Made by a program: the position numbers and the translations under genes. Source: a virus. From it: a stretch of DNA of 64,000 nt. The stretch is taken from IMG/VR virus record IMGVR_UViG_3300037067_026753; one strand, written 5' to 3'. The notes under the pieces were generated by a model. That model did no database searches. It was not told where the DNA came from and worked only from the letters and a program-made list of their open reading frames with translations. Shown one piece after another: positions 48,052-58,569 of the stretch. Position 1 is the first letter of the stretch. Every line of letters starts with the position of its first letter.

Positions 48052-49675
48052 ATCTTTCAAGAACTTTTTCAATTACTTCTTCTTCTGTCGGTAAATAAAA
48101 ATCCCAATTTTGTTTTATAAGTTCTGCTGTCGCTCCACCTTCAATCCATGTTGTAGGTCTTTGATCGCAATCATCAAGTGTAAGTTTCTTATATAGAGCA
48201 TCAGCTTTATGATAAGGCGTAATATAACCTTCGGATGTTTTTCTAAAAGGTAATACATGATCTGGATGTTTGCATGTTGGCATTATTATGATCCAATTGT
48301 CGAATGCCCCAGCTAAATGTATTGGAACAGAATCATTAGATAATAAAACAGGTGCTCTTGAGATAGCTGAAATTAGAACACCAACAGATGTTCTGTCTAT
48401 GAGACTGATAGAATTAGAAGGAAGTTCAAGTTGATATGCGCCTCGATTTTCATGATCATCTGTTCCAATTAAACATACAGGAATTTCTTTAGAGATACCA
48501 TCTACAACTTTTTGCCACCATTCGATAGGAAATGTTTTGCTTTCCCAATGTCTTCCTGGATGAACAATTACAGCTTTTCTAAGATCAAAACCTTTAAGTA
48601 TTTCATCTAATTCATCATCATCTTCTTTTGTTGTTTGTATTTTGATAATTTTTTCTTGTAGGGGTAATACTCTTTGTAGAGAAGCAATAGAACAATAATC
48701 TACTGTATGACAGAGTAAATTCGAAATAATAGAATAAACTACTGTTTTTGGATCTGGGAAAGTTTTTATTTGAAAAAAGGGTTGAAAAATCGAAGGGTTG
48801 AAATCATCATGATGTATTATTTTATATTTCAAATGCTTGAAAAGCCTTGGCCAATGTGTTGTAATAATTATTTCTGTTGTATTATCTTTGTAGACTTTTT
48901 CAAGAAATCTTAATGTCGGTTCAGCATCTACTTGATCGCCCATTCCCCCAGAAACCACAATAACTATATTTCGTTTATAATTATATTCGGGTTTGTCGTT
49001 TTCCCATTTTTCAAGATCTCCCTTAATTATTGATAAAATCTCATTATTTACTGTAAAATAATGATAACCAGCATAATGTATAATAAATGAACTATGTCTT
49101 GTTTCTCCACAAAAATCCAGACATGTCATTCGGTTAAGTTTGTATGGTAAATCATACATGAGTGAATTTTCTTCTTTTCTTTTACCTTCTTCAATTGCGA
49201 ATTTTAAATTGAGATACCCTTGTTCATAAAAGTTTGAAATTTCTTTTTCAGGTTTTTTAAAAAAGAATTTATGACACTTTGAAATAACTAAAACACCAGT
49301 ATTATAATATTTTCCATTCCAGTTTATTTTCTCAGGGTTAATATCATAACTCTTGCAAGCTTCAATTAATGAGTACTCTCTTGGTACAAATTTAGCTTCG
49401 TTGAAAGCACCTATTTTGTTATAAGGCACTATATCAAAAAGATCAGGACAATCATCTCTTACGATTAAATCCGTATCAAGATAAATTATTCTATCATAAG
49501 AATTCAAAAGATCGAATATTTGGAATTTTTCCCAATGTGGAGTCGTTTTGCATGAATCAATAACTATAAAATCAGCATTGATTTTTTTCGCGTATGATTG
49601 TAGAGTTGGATGCGTAAGTTTTGAGATATTTTTAATCTCATCCCCGATAGAAATAGCAATAAGAGCTTTTTTCAT
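48041..49675 (-). CDS. Two-domain glycosyltransferase: N-terminal GT8-like (DxD) and C-terminal GT9 heptosyltransferase-like.
   Basis: N-terminus: IAISIGDE...ADFIVID...RIIYLDTDLIVRDD (GT8 pattern). C-terminus: VIVHPGRHWESKTFPIEWWQKVVDGISKEIPVCLIGTDD...LLSNDSVPIHLAGAFDNWIIIMPT (GT9 motif). Confidence 0.6.
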   Translation of the reverse strand: MKKALIAISIGDEIKNISKLTHPTLQSYAKKINADFIVIDSCKTTPHWEKFQIFDLLNSYDRIIYLDTDLIVRDDCPDLFDIVPYNKIGAFNEAKFVPREYSLIEACKSYDINPEKINWNGKYYNTGVLVISKCHKFFFKKPEKEISNFYEQGYLNLKFAIEEGKRKEENSLMYDLPYKLNRMTCLDFCGETRHSSFIIHYAGYHYFTVNNEILSIIKGDLEKWENDKPEYNYKRNIVIVVSGGMGDQVDAEPTLRFLEKVYKDNTTEIIITTHWPRLFKHLKYKIIHHDDFNPSIFQPFFQIKTFPDPKTVVYSIISNLLCHTVDYCSIASLQRVLPLQEKIIKIQTTKEDDDELDEILKGFDLRKAVIVHPGRHWESKTFPIEWWQKVVDGISKEIPVCLIGTDDHENRGAYQLELPSNSISLIDRTSVGVLISAISRAPVLLSNDSVPIHLAGAFDNWIIIMPTCKHPDHVLPFRKTSEGYITPYHKADALYKKLTLDDCDQRPTTWIEGGATAELIKQNWDFYLPTEEEVIEKVLERFKQ

Positions 49676-49797
49676 AAATCTCCCTTTAATTTTATTAATA
49701 TTAATCTTTTTATTTTATTTTTTCAATTAAAGCATTTTGAATTAATAAAATAATATTTGTAGTACTTGCTGTCACCCATTGTGTACAAAGAAACTCC

Positions 49798-50583
49798 TTA
49801 TGTATAACTAGCTACTGAAAGTTTGCTTACATAACTGTTTACAACAAATTGAATATCATTATCTGTTGCTAAACCACCATTAGCTTGTATTGTTGGATTT
49901 AATGCAACAAAACATGTCATGGCAAGTGTATAAGTATCAGGGTTCAGCATAGCATTTGCAGCCCATTGAACTCTTTCTTTATTGTCGGCAAAAGTAACTT
50001 TAGCTGAATTTGCTGTAGTGTAGGAATTTGTCAAATTAGCTGCCATTATAAGAGTATTCCCAGAAATTTCTGCAATAGTACCTGTTTCTGAAGTTAATGT
50101 ATCTGAAATGACAACTTGTTTACCCACCCAGAATGCAGTAGAACTAACTACAGCCACGTTTTTTTGCCCTGAACTTGCATCACTGGATAAATTAGAAGTA
50201 GTCAGAGCCTCATTCAAAATATCTTGTGATGTTTTGGCTACAGCTGCTTGTACACGTTTTCTCATTTCATTTGATATGTAAATCTTATTGATAGCCAATA
50301 AACTGCTATCACCTGTTATATCTGTGTTGACTTCATTAACAAGTTCATTATCATAATAATAAGCAGCTTCTTCAGCTTCACCTTCATTATGAACAATAAA
50401 ATTGACAATCTTAGATTTCAATACGGGTTTTTTGCTTTTTTCAGAACTTCCTGTTTCATAAACAAGAATTTCATATGTCTTTATAGTTGCAGGTACACTA
50501 GCGTCCGAAGAAGTTGTTTCTCTTGCTGTTCCGACAACTGTATAAAATGCAGTTACCTCAGCTATTAACTCAGCTTTCGTCAT
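49798..50583 (-). CDS. Hypothetical structural protein (261 aa).
   Basis: ORF lying between the RCC1 gene and the GT8/9 gene. It is Thr/Ser/Ala-rich. Confidence 0.35.
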   Translation of the reverse strand: MTKAELIAEVTAFYTVVGTARETTSSDASVPATIKTYEILVYETGSSEKSKKPVLKSKIVNFIVHNEGEAEEAAYYYDNELVNEVNTDITGDSSLLAINKIYISNEMRKRVQAAVAKTSQDILNEALTTSNLSSDASSGQKNVAVVSSTAFWVGKQVVISDTLTSETGTIAEISGNTLIMAANLTNSYTTANSAKVTFADNKERVQWAANAMLNPDTYTLAMTCFVALNPTIQANGGLATDNDIQFVVNSYVSKLSVASYT

Positions 50584-50595
50584 AATAAATCTCCT

Positions 50596-51831
50596 TTAGG
50601 TATACATCGCAGAATTATTTGTCCATACTCCACTTTGTTTTTGATAAATATTGACAACTCTTCTCCAATTCCCAGAAATATTTACGAAATAAGCAGGCCA
50701 TCTTCTCCATGTTTCAGTTACACAAACAGGAATTCTTGATGCTCCTGATCCTATAAATAAGAAAGAATGTGCCCCAACAACTTGCACAGGAGAAGAATAT
50801 GATGTTGCATTATTTGTTCCTAATCTCCCTTGCGAATTTGAACCCCATGCCCAAATTGAACCATCAGCTTTCATAGCATGCGTAAAATTATTGCCTATAG
50901 CAAAATGTATAAAACTATGTGCACCAACTACTTGTACAGGAGACGATCTATTTGTTCTTGTACCATCACCTAATTGTCCATAGACATTGTTGCCCCACAT
51001 CCACAATGAACCATTGGATTTCAAACCAGCACATGCACCCTCAGTTTGTTCATTAGTCATACCTGCAGCAACATGTATAAAAGAATGACCCCCTATTACT
51101 GTAACTGGTGATGATCTAGTTGTCACAGTTCCATCACCTAAATTTCCACTACCATTATATCCCCATGTCCATGCAGCACCAGTTTCTTTAAGTGCTATAG
51201 ACAGACCATTATCTGCTCCACCTGTAGCTATTTGAATAAAACTATGACTTCCTACAACTTGTACTGGAGAAAAAATCCAGTTTACTGCATTATTGCCTAA
51301 TTGTCCTGACTGACCATTTCCCCAGCACCATACTTGTCCATTATTTTTAAGAGCTGCAGTATGTGCAGCACTACAATGCACTCTAATAAAAGAATGATTT
51401 CCAACAACTTGTACTGGAGAACTGTAAGACACTTGATTGTTTGTACCTAATTGTCCATAACCATTATGACCACAACCCCACATTTGACCATTGTCTTTTA
51501 AACCCAAAAAATTGTAAGTTCCCTCAGCTATTGAAATAAAAGAATGATTTCCAACAACTTGTACTGGAGAAGAGTAAGACGCACTATTAGCGTTGTTACC
51601 TATTTGTCCATAAATATTTGCGCCCCAACCCCATGCTTCTCCATTAGATTTCAATGCATGTGTGGCTTGATTAGAAGCTGTTAACATAATAAAAGAATGA
51701 TTACCCACTACTTGTACGGGTGACGATCTGGTAGTCAATGTATTGTCGCCAAGGCCACCTGCACCATTAAATCCCCATAACCAACAAGCCCCATTTAATT
51801 TTACTGCATAGCCTTTATTATTATCAGACAT
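50596..51831 (-). CDS. RCC1-like beta-propeller protein (cassette 1 partner).
   Basis: Repeats such as GNNVYGQLGDGTRTNRSSPVQVVGAHSFI. The C-terminal tail is WRRWPAYFVNISGNWRRVVNIYQKQ. Confidence 0.7.
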   Translation of the reverse strand: MSDNNKGYAVKLNGACWLWGFNGAGGLGDNTLTTRSSPVQVVGNHSFIMLTASNQATHALKSNGEAWGWGANIYGQIGNNANSASYSSPVQVVGNHSFISIAEGTYNFLGLKDNGQMWGCGHNGYGQLGTNNQVSYSSPVQVVGNHSFIRVHCSAAHTAALKNNGQVWCWGNGQSGQLGNNAVNWIFSPVQVVGSHSFIQIATGGADNGLSIALKETGAAWTWGYNGSGNLGDGTVTTRSSPVTVIGGHSFIHVAAGMTNEQTEGACAGLKSNGSLWMWGNNVYGQLGDGTRTNRSSPVQVVGAHSFIHFAIGNNFTHAMKADGSIWAWGSNSQGRLGTNNATSYSSPVQVVGAHSFLFIGSGASRIPVCVTETWRRWPAYFVNISGNWRRVVNIYQKQSGVWTNNSAMYT

Positions 51832-51842
51832 ATTTCTATCTC

Positions 51843-54800
51843 TTATATGTATTGAATATAAATAGCATTATCTGGATAACCTGCCGGACTAGGAGGTGCA
51901 CTTGTACCTGACGTAACATTGAGCCCTAAAATTCCAGTTACGCCTTGGATACCAGTTTGACCTTGTATCCCTTGTAATCCAGTGACTCCTTGCGCCCCTG
52001 CTATTCCAGTTTGTCCTTGTAGACCTGTCTGACCCTGAATACCTTGTACACCAGTAGCACCTTGATTACCTTGAAGACCTGTTTCGCCTTGTAATCCAGT
52101 TTCACCTTGCAGACCTTCTAACCCTGTCTCACCCTGCAACCCAGTGTCACCTTCGATACCTTCTAGACCAGTTTCGCCCTGAATTCCTTGTAATCCTGTA
52201 GTTCCTTGAGAACCAGTTTCACCCTCTAACCCTGTCGTACCTTGGACACCTGTCTCACCTTGAGACCCTTGTAACCCAGTTTCTCCTTGAACTCCAGTAT
52301 TTCCTTGCAAACCTTGAAGACCAGTTTCGCCTTGAGCACCTTGCAATCCTGTAGTACCCTGAGTTCCAGTTTCCCCTTGAATTCCTTGCAACCCTGTCTC
52401 ACCTTGCAAACCAGTTTCGCCCTGAACACCTTCTAAACCTGTAGTTCCTTGAAATCCAGTTTCACCTTGAATCCCAGTTTCACCTTGTGCACCTTGTAAC
52501 CCTGTTGTTCCTTGAAGACCTGTAACTCCCTGAAGTCCAGTAGAACCTTGCTGTCCATTTATACCAGTTTCGCCTTGTAAGCCCGTATTACCCTGAATAC
52601 CAGCAAGACCTGTTGTACCTTGTAGTCCGGTGTCACCTTGAACACCTGTTTGACCTTGTAATCCTGTATTACCTTGAACACCTTGTAACCCTGTAGCTCC
52701 AATTAAACCAGTGAGACCTTGCACACCAGTCAGACCTTGAACGCCTGTAACACCTTGAAGTCCTGTTTCACCTTGTGCTCCTACAGCTCCTGCTGAAGCG
52801 GGTGATGTTCTAGAACCAAAAATAGATTTTACGTTTTTTATTACAAAACTACCAGTTAAAGCACCAGTTCTTTGTAATGATATTTGAGCAATTATTACAT
52901 ATTCAGGGCTTGAAAAAGTACCAAAACTCAAATTTCTCGGGTCTTCTGTAAGACAAGAAGATGATGCACTATTTGTATAAGTTTGTTGACCTTGTACCCA
53001 TAAAAATCTATAACTCTGAGAACCAGAGTCCGCTGTAACTGGTACAGCAACTAACCAAACATTCATCCAATTATTAGAAGGTAATACAGTTTGTTGCCAA
53101 GTTCCACCCGTAAATTGATTATACGCTATTGTACCCCCTACTAAAGGTACTATGTTAGGATCAGTAAGCGTGAATACTGCTGTAGCGCCAGAACCTGAAA
53201 GATAAAAAAGAGTATAAGGCCCATTATCAGCAAGCGAATTCAAAGTTGTAAGAAGATCTTCATCTTCAATATAAGTTGCACCTACAGCTGGTCTGTTATC
53301 TGCATCAGTTGCACCGTCAATAACATAACCACTAATATCACCACCACTTCTACGATATGTGCCTATTGTATTATGAAATGTTCGATGAGATTCCCAAGGC
53401 ATTAATCCATGAACTTCTCTAAGACCAAATTTGACAGCTGTATAATAATTAACAAAAGCTATTTGCGCCATATCATAAGACCAGATAGAGCTAGACCAAA
53501 TAAAACTTGAACCATTATAATACAAGAACCATGTGTTATCACTATCTGTATGTGAGTCTGAAGTCCATGTTGTTATGCCATCCCAAACTTTAGTACCTCT
53601 CCAATACAATGTAATAGAACTACCAGTAAGCGTAATTGTTCTTGCTGTAGAATCATAAGTTACAGTTATATTTTCTGGACTTAGAAATCCAGTGGGTTCT
53701 TTAGTGTCATTTAAAATAGTACTGTCAAAAACTCCAGTTTCACCTTGAATTCCAGTATTTCCTTGGACACCTGTTTCGCCTTGTAGACCATTAACACCAG
53801 TTTGTCCTTGTAATCCAGTATTTCCTTGACTCCCTTGTAACCCTGTATTGCCCTGTAATCCTGTTTCTCCTTGAGCGCCATTAGAGCCTGATAATCCAGT
53901 TGTACCTTGAAGACCAGTACTACCCTGTATACCTTGTGAACCCGTTTGCCCTTGTAAGCCAGTTGCGCCCTGAACACCTTGCAGTCCGGTTGCTCCTTGT
54001 ATACCAGTCTGTCCCTGTAAACCTGTAGTACCCTCTAAACCAGTAACACCTTGCTGTCCCTCAAGTCCTGTATTTCCTTGATTGCCTTGAAGCCCCGTAT
54101 CACCCTGCAAACCAGTCTCACCTTGTACCCCTTGAGGTCCTTCAAGACCATCTTCACCCTGCAAACCAGTAACACCCTGAAGTCCATTCAACCCTGTATT
54201 ACCTTGTGCTCCTGTAAGCCCTGTGTTTCCTTGACTTCCAGTCAAACCTGTCTCGCCTTGGTTGCCATTGACACCTGCTAAACCAGTTTGACCCTGAAGA
54301 CCTGTTTCGCCCTGTATACCATTAACACCAGTTTGTCCTTGAGCGCCTTGAAGTCCTGTATTGCCTTGAATACCAGTGCCACCCTGGTTGCCCTGTAAGC
54401 CAGTAATTCCTTGAAGTCCTGTGTCGCCCTGAAGACCTTGCAACCCAGTATTGCCCTGATCACCTTTTATACCTGTATCACCTTGTAGTCCTGTTTGACC
54501 TTGATAACCAGAAAGTCCAGTTGCGCCCTGAACTCCTGTATTTCCTTGAATTCCTGAAAGACCCGTCTGTCCTTCTAAACCCGTTGACCCTTGTAATCCA
54601 GTATGTCCTTGTAAACCTGTAGCACCCTCTAAACCAGTAATGCCTTGCTGCCCTTCAAGTCCTGTATTACCTTGTATACCAGTTTGACCTTGAACACCTT
54701 GTACTCCAGTATTTCCTTGATTGCCTTGAAGTCCCGTATTACCCTGTAAACCAGTCTCGCCTTGTGAACCTTGCAACCCTGTTTCGCCTTGTAATCCCTG

Positions 54801-55406
54801 AGTACCAGTTTGACCTTGGAAACCAGTTAAACCTTGTATACCTTGAAGTCCAGTAAAACCTTGCAACCCAGTGTTTCCTTGAGTGCCAAGTCCTGTTTCT
54901 CCTTGTGGTCCTTGTAAACCTGTTGCACCTTGTGTTCCTAACCCTGTCTCACCTTGTAGACCATTTAACCCTGTTGCACCTGGTAAACCAGTAGCTCCTT
55001 GTTCACCACCCCCAGGACCTGTCACACCTTGGACACCAGTATCGCCTTTAAGACCTGTTTCACCTTGAACACCTGAGAGGCCAGTATCCCCTTGAATGCC
55101 TGGTAAACCAGTGACACCCTGTTCTCCACCTCCAGGACCTGTTACACCTTGAATACCTGTTTCACCCTGTATCCCTTGCGAGCCCGTCGAGCCTTGTATA
55201 CCTGTACTACCTTGGTTACCTATATTCCCTTGTAAGCCTGTTGCTCCCTGGGGGCCCATCTGACCCGAAACGCCCGTCTGGCCTTGTAGTCCTGTATTGC
55301 CTTGAATACCAGTCTGACCTTGTAGACCCGTGTTTCCTTGGATTCCTGTTTGACCTTGCGGGCCAGTATCCCCATTCTTCCAACTTGATCTTGAAAAATG
55401 AGACAT
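51843..55406 (-). CDS. Collagen-like fiber protein (1187 aa): collagen segment, central ~280-aa globular domain, second collagen segment, conserved C-terminus.
   Basis: GAGGA RBS. G-x-(T/Q) triplets run from ~aa 10 to 520 and ~815 to 1150. The central domain (..TLYWRGTKVWDG..) is rich in Trp, Tyr and Ser. The C-terminus is ..PAGYPDNAIYIQYI. Confidence 0.7.
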   Translation of the reverse strand: MSHFSRSSWKNGDTGPQGQTGIQGNTGLQGQTGIQGNTGLQGQTGVSGQMGPQGATGLQGNIGNQGSTGIQGSTGSQGIQGETGIQGVTGPGGGEQGVTGLPGIQGDTGLSGVQGETGLKGDTGVQGVTGPGGGEQGATGLPGATGLNGLQGETGLGTQGATGLQGPQGETGLGTQGNTGLQGFTGLQGIQGLTGFQGQTGTQGLQGETGLQGSQGETGLQGNTGLQGNQGNTGVQGVQGQTGIQGNTGLEGQQGITGLEGATGLQGHTGLQGSTGLEGQTGLSGIQGNTGVQGATGLSGYQGQTGLQGDTGIKGDQGNTGLQGLQGDTGLQGITGLQGNQGGTGIQGNTGLQGAQGQTGVNGIQGETGLQGQTGLAGVNGNQGETGLTGSQGNTGLTGAQGNTGLNGLQGVTGLQGEDGLEGPQGVQGETGLQGDTGLQGNQGNTGLEGQQGVTGLEGTTGLQGQTGIQGATGLQGVQGATGLQGQTGSQGIQGSTGLQGTTGLSGSNGAQGETGLQGNTGLQGSQGNTGLQGQTGVNGLQGETGVQGNTGIQGETGVFDSTILNDTKEPTGFLSPENITVTYDSTARTITLTGSSITLYWRGTKVWDGITTWTSDSHTDSDNTWFLYYNGSSFIWSSSIWSYDMAQIAFVNYYTAVKFGLREVHGLMPWESHRTFHNTIGTYRRSGGDISGYVIDGATDADNRPAVGATYIEDEDLLTTLNSLADNGPYTLFYLSGSGATAVFTLTDPNIVPLVGGTIAYNQFTGGTWQQTVLPSNNWMNVWLVAVPVTADSGSQSYRFLWVQGQQTYTNSASSSCLTEDPRNLSFGTFSSPEYVIIAQISLQRTGALTGSFVIKNVKSIFGSRTSPASAGAVGAQGETGLQGVTGVQGLTGVQGLTGLIGATGLQGVQGNTGLQGQTGVQGDTGLQGTTGLAGIQGNTGLQGETGINGQQGSTGLQGVTGLQGTTGLQGAQGETGIQGETGFQGTTGLEGVQGETGLQGETGLQGIQGETGTQGTTGLQGAQGETGLQGLQGNTGVQGETGLQGSQGETGVQGTTGLEGETGSQGTTGLQGIQGETGLEGIEGDTGLQGETGLEGLQGETGLQGETGLQGNQGATGVQGIQGQTGLQGQTGIAGAQGVTGLQGIQGQTGIQGVTGILGLNVTSGTSAPPSPAGYPDNAIYIQYI
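51900..55400. repeat. Collagen-like tandem-repeat DNA in two blocks within 51843..55406, separated by the globular-domain coding region (~52800..53700).
   Basis: Seen directly as cc(t/a)gt..ccttg periodicity on the plus strand. Confidence 0.7.
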
Positions 55407-55408
55407 TT

Positions 55409-55741
55409 TTATTCCTCGGTCTCTAAATTAAAATGACCAATAATTCGAACATCTGTCAAACTTCCTGTACTTATCAAAGAAATCCCAGTAGCCTGTTTAA
55501 TTTTCTTGTCAGCAGCATAATATTGTTTAGGATAAATCGGAATACCCGATGTTAAAGTAGCAACTCCCCCTGAAATATTTAAAAAAATAGTAGCAGTTTC
55601 AGAATTGTTTGCTATTTCAAAAGCAACAACATCTTGGGAAAAATTAATAGTACTACTTGTCAAACCAATCAATCTTGACATATCTTCAGAATCTACAGTT
55701 TGGTCTTGACGTACTGGCATCGAACGACTATATTCTGCCAT
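55409..55741 (-). CDS. Hypothetical protein (110 aa), possibly fiber-associated.
   Basis: ORF directly upstream of the collagen gene. Confidence 0.3.
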   Translation of the reverse strand: MAEYSRSMPVRQDQTVDSEDMSRLIGLTSSTINFSQDVVAFEIANNSETATIFLNISGGVATLTSGIPIYPKQYYAADKKIKQATGISLISTGSLTDVRIIGHFNLETEE

Positions 55742-55750
55742 ATTTTCTCC

Positions 55751-56395
55751 TTAAAACCTTGTTCCCTTATCTTCTAAGAACTTTTTCATCATATGCATTA
55801 TTGCTAAAACTGCTGCATCATTTTTGTTTCGCATCGAATTCCAAATTTTTTCTACAGTCACACCAGGATTTAAAAGATTTATTGTCTGTTTTGAATTCAT
55901 TGCTTGTTCTGATAAAAGTTCTATGATTGCTTCTATTTTTATGTTTACATTCTCTATTGATTCATTTGAGTCTTTAATTTTCCTATTTAAAATCGATATA
56001 CTATTTTTTAGAATTTTTAAAGCTTCTTCTGATTGTGTTTCTTTTTCATCAACCTGAACTTCTAAATCTTTATGATATTCGACTAATTCTTTTAAAGTAT
56101 CTTCAATTAAAACAAATTTTTCGTTTTTCTTTACAAGTCCTTCAATTGTTTTTTGATTCTCAGTTTGTTTCTCAACAAGTTCTTCTACTGTTTTTTTGAG
56201 ATTCGAAATCTCTTGTCCTTCATGTCCGCTAAGATATGCTTCAGCTATTTGTTGTTTACTCAAACCCAATTCTTCAAGAGTTTTCAGATCGCTTGAATAA
56301 ATTATGCCTGAATGCTTGTCATAACAAAAATTCAAATATTTCTTAAAAAACCCAATTTTAAAACTAGTACCAACTTTGTACGAATACATACTCAT
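55751..56395 (-). CDS. Coiled-coil protein (214 aa).
   Basis: A long heptad-like E/K/L-rich stretch, ..NLKKTVEELVEKQTENQKTIEGLVKKNEK... Confidence 0.35.
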   Translation of the reverse strand: MSMYSYKVGTSFKIGFFKKYLNFCYDKHSGIIYSSDLKTLEELGLSKQQIAEAYLSGHEGQEISNLKKTVEELVEKQTENQKTIEGLVKKNEKFVLIEDTLKELVEYHKDLEVQVDEKETQSEEALKILKNSISILNRKIKDSNESIENVNIKIEAIIELLSEQAMNSKQTINLLNPGVTVEKIWNSMRNKNDAAVLAIMHMMKKFLEDKGTRF

Positions 56396-56421
56396 CTTCC
56401 TTAATTTTTTAATTAATTTTT

Positions 56422-57312
56422 TTAATATGTATAGCCAAACAAACCAGACTCATATCCCTGATTACTAACTTCTGTGTGATATGCTGTAACAGTAACTGTT
56501 GTTCCTGCAGGACATTGAACTGATTTGTCTGAGAAGTCAAACAAAACATTACGATTATTCCAACTATTGCGCAAAGCACAAATAGTTATTCCATTTAATT
56601 TCACTCTAAAAAGAGCATCAGCAGTACCTGTACAAAAAATTCTTTCAAGATAATAAGCTGCAGCATTAACATAAGAAAGTATTGTTGTCTCTGTGTTCGG
56701 GACAACAACTGGTGTTTCAACAAAACTACGAATTCTAGATACAGTTGAAGGATCTTCAGAAACTATCAATCGTCTATTATTGTCGACAAGTAAATACTCT
56801 AATGTAGTGCCATCAGATAGAGCAGCGACTTTTACATTTTCAAGTGTAATATCGCCAATAGTTACACTAGCATCAACTTTTAACTTACCATCATCGGTTA
56901 TTAGAAGTTTTTGCCAATGTTGTGAAGTTTCATCCCAGGCAAATACATGGGAATTAGCTTCCTGTTGTTCACCTTCAAGATGAAAATCTACCGTTGCAGG
57001 ATATATTGTAGCATAAGGAGAAAGATTGATATCACTCTCTACATAAGAAGGATCTATAGCTGTAAGTTTGAAATAATATCGAACATTTGGTGGTACAGGT
57101 ACATCAGAATCTTTTACAAGAGTACAAACTTTATTTTTGTAATTTTTGTCAACTAGATTAGGAATACCAGTTTTTACTAATGTGTAAATACCTGCAGGAG
57201 TAGCAGAACTATAAAGATTATAGCTTTTTGCTTCAGACTTAGTTAAAGGGATCCAGCCAAAAAATATATCCCCATTTCGACGGTACAAAACTTGTAATCT
57301 AGGTGCCGCCAT
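56422..57312 (-). CDS. Structural protein with an FN3-like N-terminal domain (296 aa); paralog of 57431..57862 at its N-terminus.
   Basis: MAAPRLQVLYRR...YNLYSSATPAGIYTL compared with MAIQGVQIIYRL...FNFYYSDAPSGVYTL. Confidence 0.4.
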   Translation of the reverse strand: MAAPRLQVLYRRNGDIFFGWIPLTKSEAKSYNLYSSATPAGIYTLVKTGIPNLVDKNYKNKVCTLVKDSDVPVPPNVRYYFKLTAIDPSYVESDINLSPYATIYPATVDFHLEGEQQEANSHVFAWDETSQHWQKLLITDDGKLKVDASVTIGDITLENVKVAALSDGTTLEYLLVDNNRRLIVSEDPSTVSRIRSFVETPVVVPNTETTILSYVNAAAYYLERIFCTGTADALFRVKLNGITICALRNSWNNRNVLFDFSDKSVQCPAGTTVTVTAYHTEVSNQGYESGLFGYTY

Positions 57313-57375
57313 TTTACTTCTCCTTCGGTTGGCAAAGACGTGTGTTCGTCTATTTCTTGTTAGTCCGAAGTTCTT

Positions 57376-57401
57376 AAAAAAGGGTTAGATTCCTCTAACC
57401 C
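57376..57401 (-). terminator. Rho-independent terminator read on the minus strand.
   Basis: The 8-bp stem GGGTTAGA/TCTAACCC (57382..57389 and 57394..57401) with loop TTCC is followed on the minus strand by T6 (57376..57381). It lies 30 bp downstream of the gene ending at 57431. Confidence 0.65.
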
Positions 57402-57430
57402 TTAATATTCAAAGAACTTTCAAATCAAAA

Positions 57431-57862
57431 TTATGTGCCAACTGTTGTTGTCACAACATTCCCGTCAGCATCAACAGAAACAGGTATAAATCTTTGTGTA
57501 TCTTTATTAAAACCATATACGACTGAAAACTCTTTAGGGATAATTGTCTCTACTCTCGTTGGAATTGTCAAAGGTCCTTCCATTGCACCTTCAGTTCCTC
57601 CAGTAACAGGAGCGAGTTCTATATAATTCCTTGCATTGTCGTCCCAATTAACAAGAGTTTCAGTACTGAATTCGAAAACAATTTTGCCTCTAGTAGCAGG
57701 TGCATTTGATGGCTGATTAACAGCAGAGCCAAACAAAGTGTAGACACCACTCGGAGCATCTGAATAATAGAAATTAAAAGAATCTACACCCGCTCTATAA
57801 TCGACAAAAAGACGAATCAATTGTCTCAACCTATAAATTATCTGTACACCTTGTATTGCCAT
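57431..57862 (-). CDS. Structural protein with an FN3-like N-terminus (143 aa).
   Basis: See 56422..57312. Confidence 0.4.
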   Translation of the reverse strand: MAIQGVQIIYRLRQLIRLFVDYRAGVDSFNFYYSDAPSGVYTLFGSAVNQPSNAPATRGKIVFEFSTETLVNWDDNARNYIELAPVTGGTEGAMEGPLTIPTRVETIIPKEFSVVYGFNKDTQRFIPVSVDADGNVVTTTVGT

Positions 57863-58531
57863 TTATGCTTCCTGGCTTGTTGTTTCTAATTTTCTACGTC
57901 TTCTTATGCGTTTTTCAATTTCCTGACTTATTTGTTCTTTAGCTTCATGCTTTTTTTCATCAAAATTTGGAGTTGCCAATTGGATATCATCAGCTCCTAT
58001 TTCTTTTGCAAGATTTGCTATAACATCTTTCTTAGGTGGCTCTACTACAACTTCTCTTCTTGCTTGAGTTTGAATTGGACTCCTAAGAAGCTCATCAGGC
58101 CCTTTTGTTGTAACATCAGCTTGACGTTCTCTCATTCTTCGTTCAGCTGCATTAAAATTTGGTATTACAGGTTTATCTTCTTCTTTCTGTTTTTGCATCG
58201 GAGCTTTAGGTTTAAAACTTTTTCCAGCTTGACGAGATTCTAGACTTTTGTTTGTTTCCTTTGCATCAACAGAAGTTTTTATTGGTGTTTTCTTTTGAAG
58301 AACAATCTCTTCTTTTTCTTCTATGGGTTTAGATTTAGGAATTGAAATATACTGTGATGCTTCCTCCTCTGTGACTTCTGTCATCCATTTTGCTTTCAGA
58401 GAAGCTGAAATCCCTTTTGAAGCATCACAAGTATATTTATCAAAATAAAAATACTCATCAGTCTGTATTTTTCTGTTCAAATCCGTTAGTCTAAAGCCAC
58501 CTAACCGATTACACTTGAAGAAACGATACAT
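57863..58531 (-). CDS. Lys/Glu-rich hypothetical protein (222 aa).
   Basis: ORF with a low-complexity, charged middle section. Confidence 0.35.
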   Translation of the reverse strand: MYRFFKCNRLGGFRLTDLNRKIQTDEYFYFDKYTCDASKGISASLKAKWMTEVTEEEASQYISIPKSKPIEEKEEIVLQKKTPIKTSVDAKETNKSLESRQAGKSFKPKAPMQKQKEEDKPVIPNFNAAERRMRERQADVTTKGPDELLRSPIQTQARREVVVEPPKKDVIANLAKEIGADDIQLATPNFDEKKHEAKEQISQEIEKRIRRRRKLETTSQEA

Positions 58532-58569
58532 ATTAATCTCCCTAAATCTTAATTTTAATTTTTTATAGA

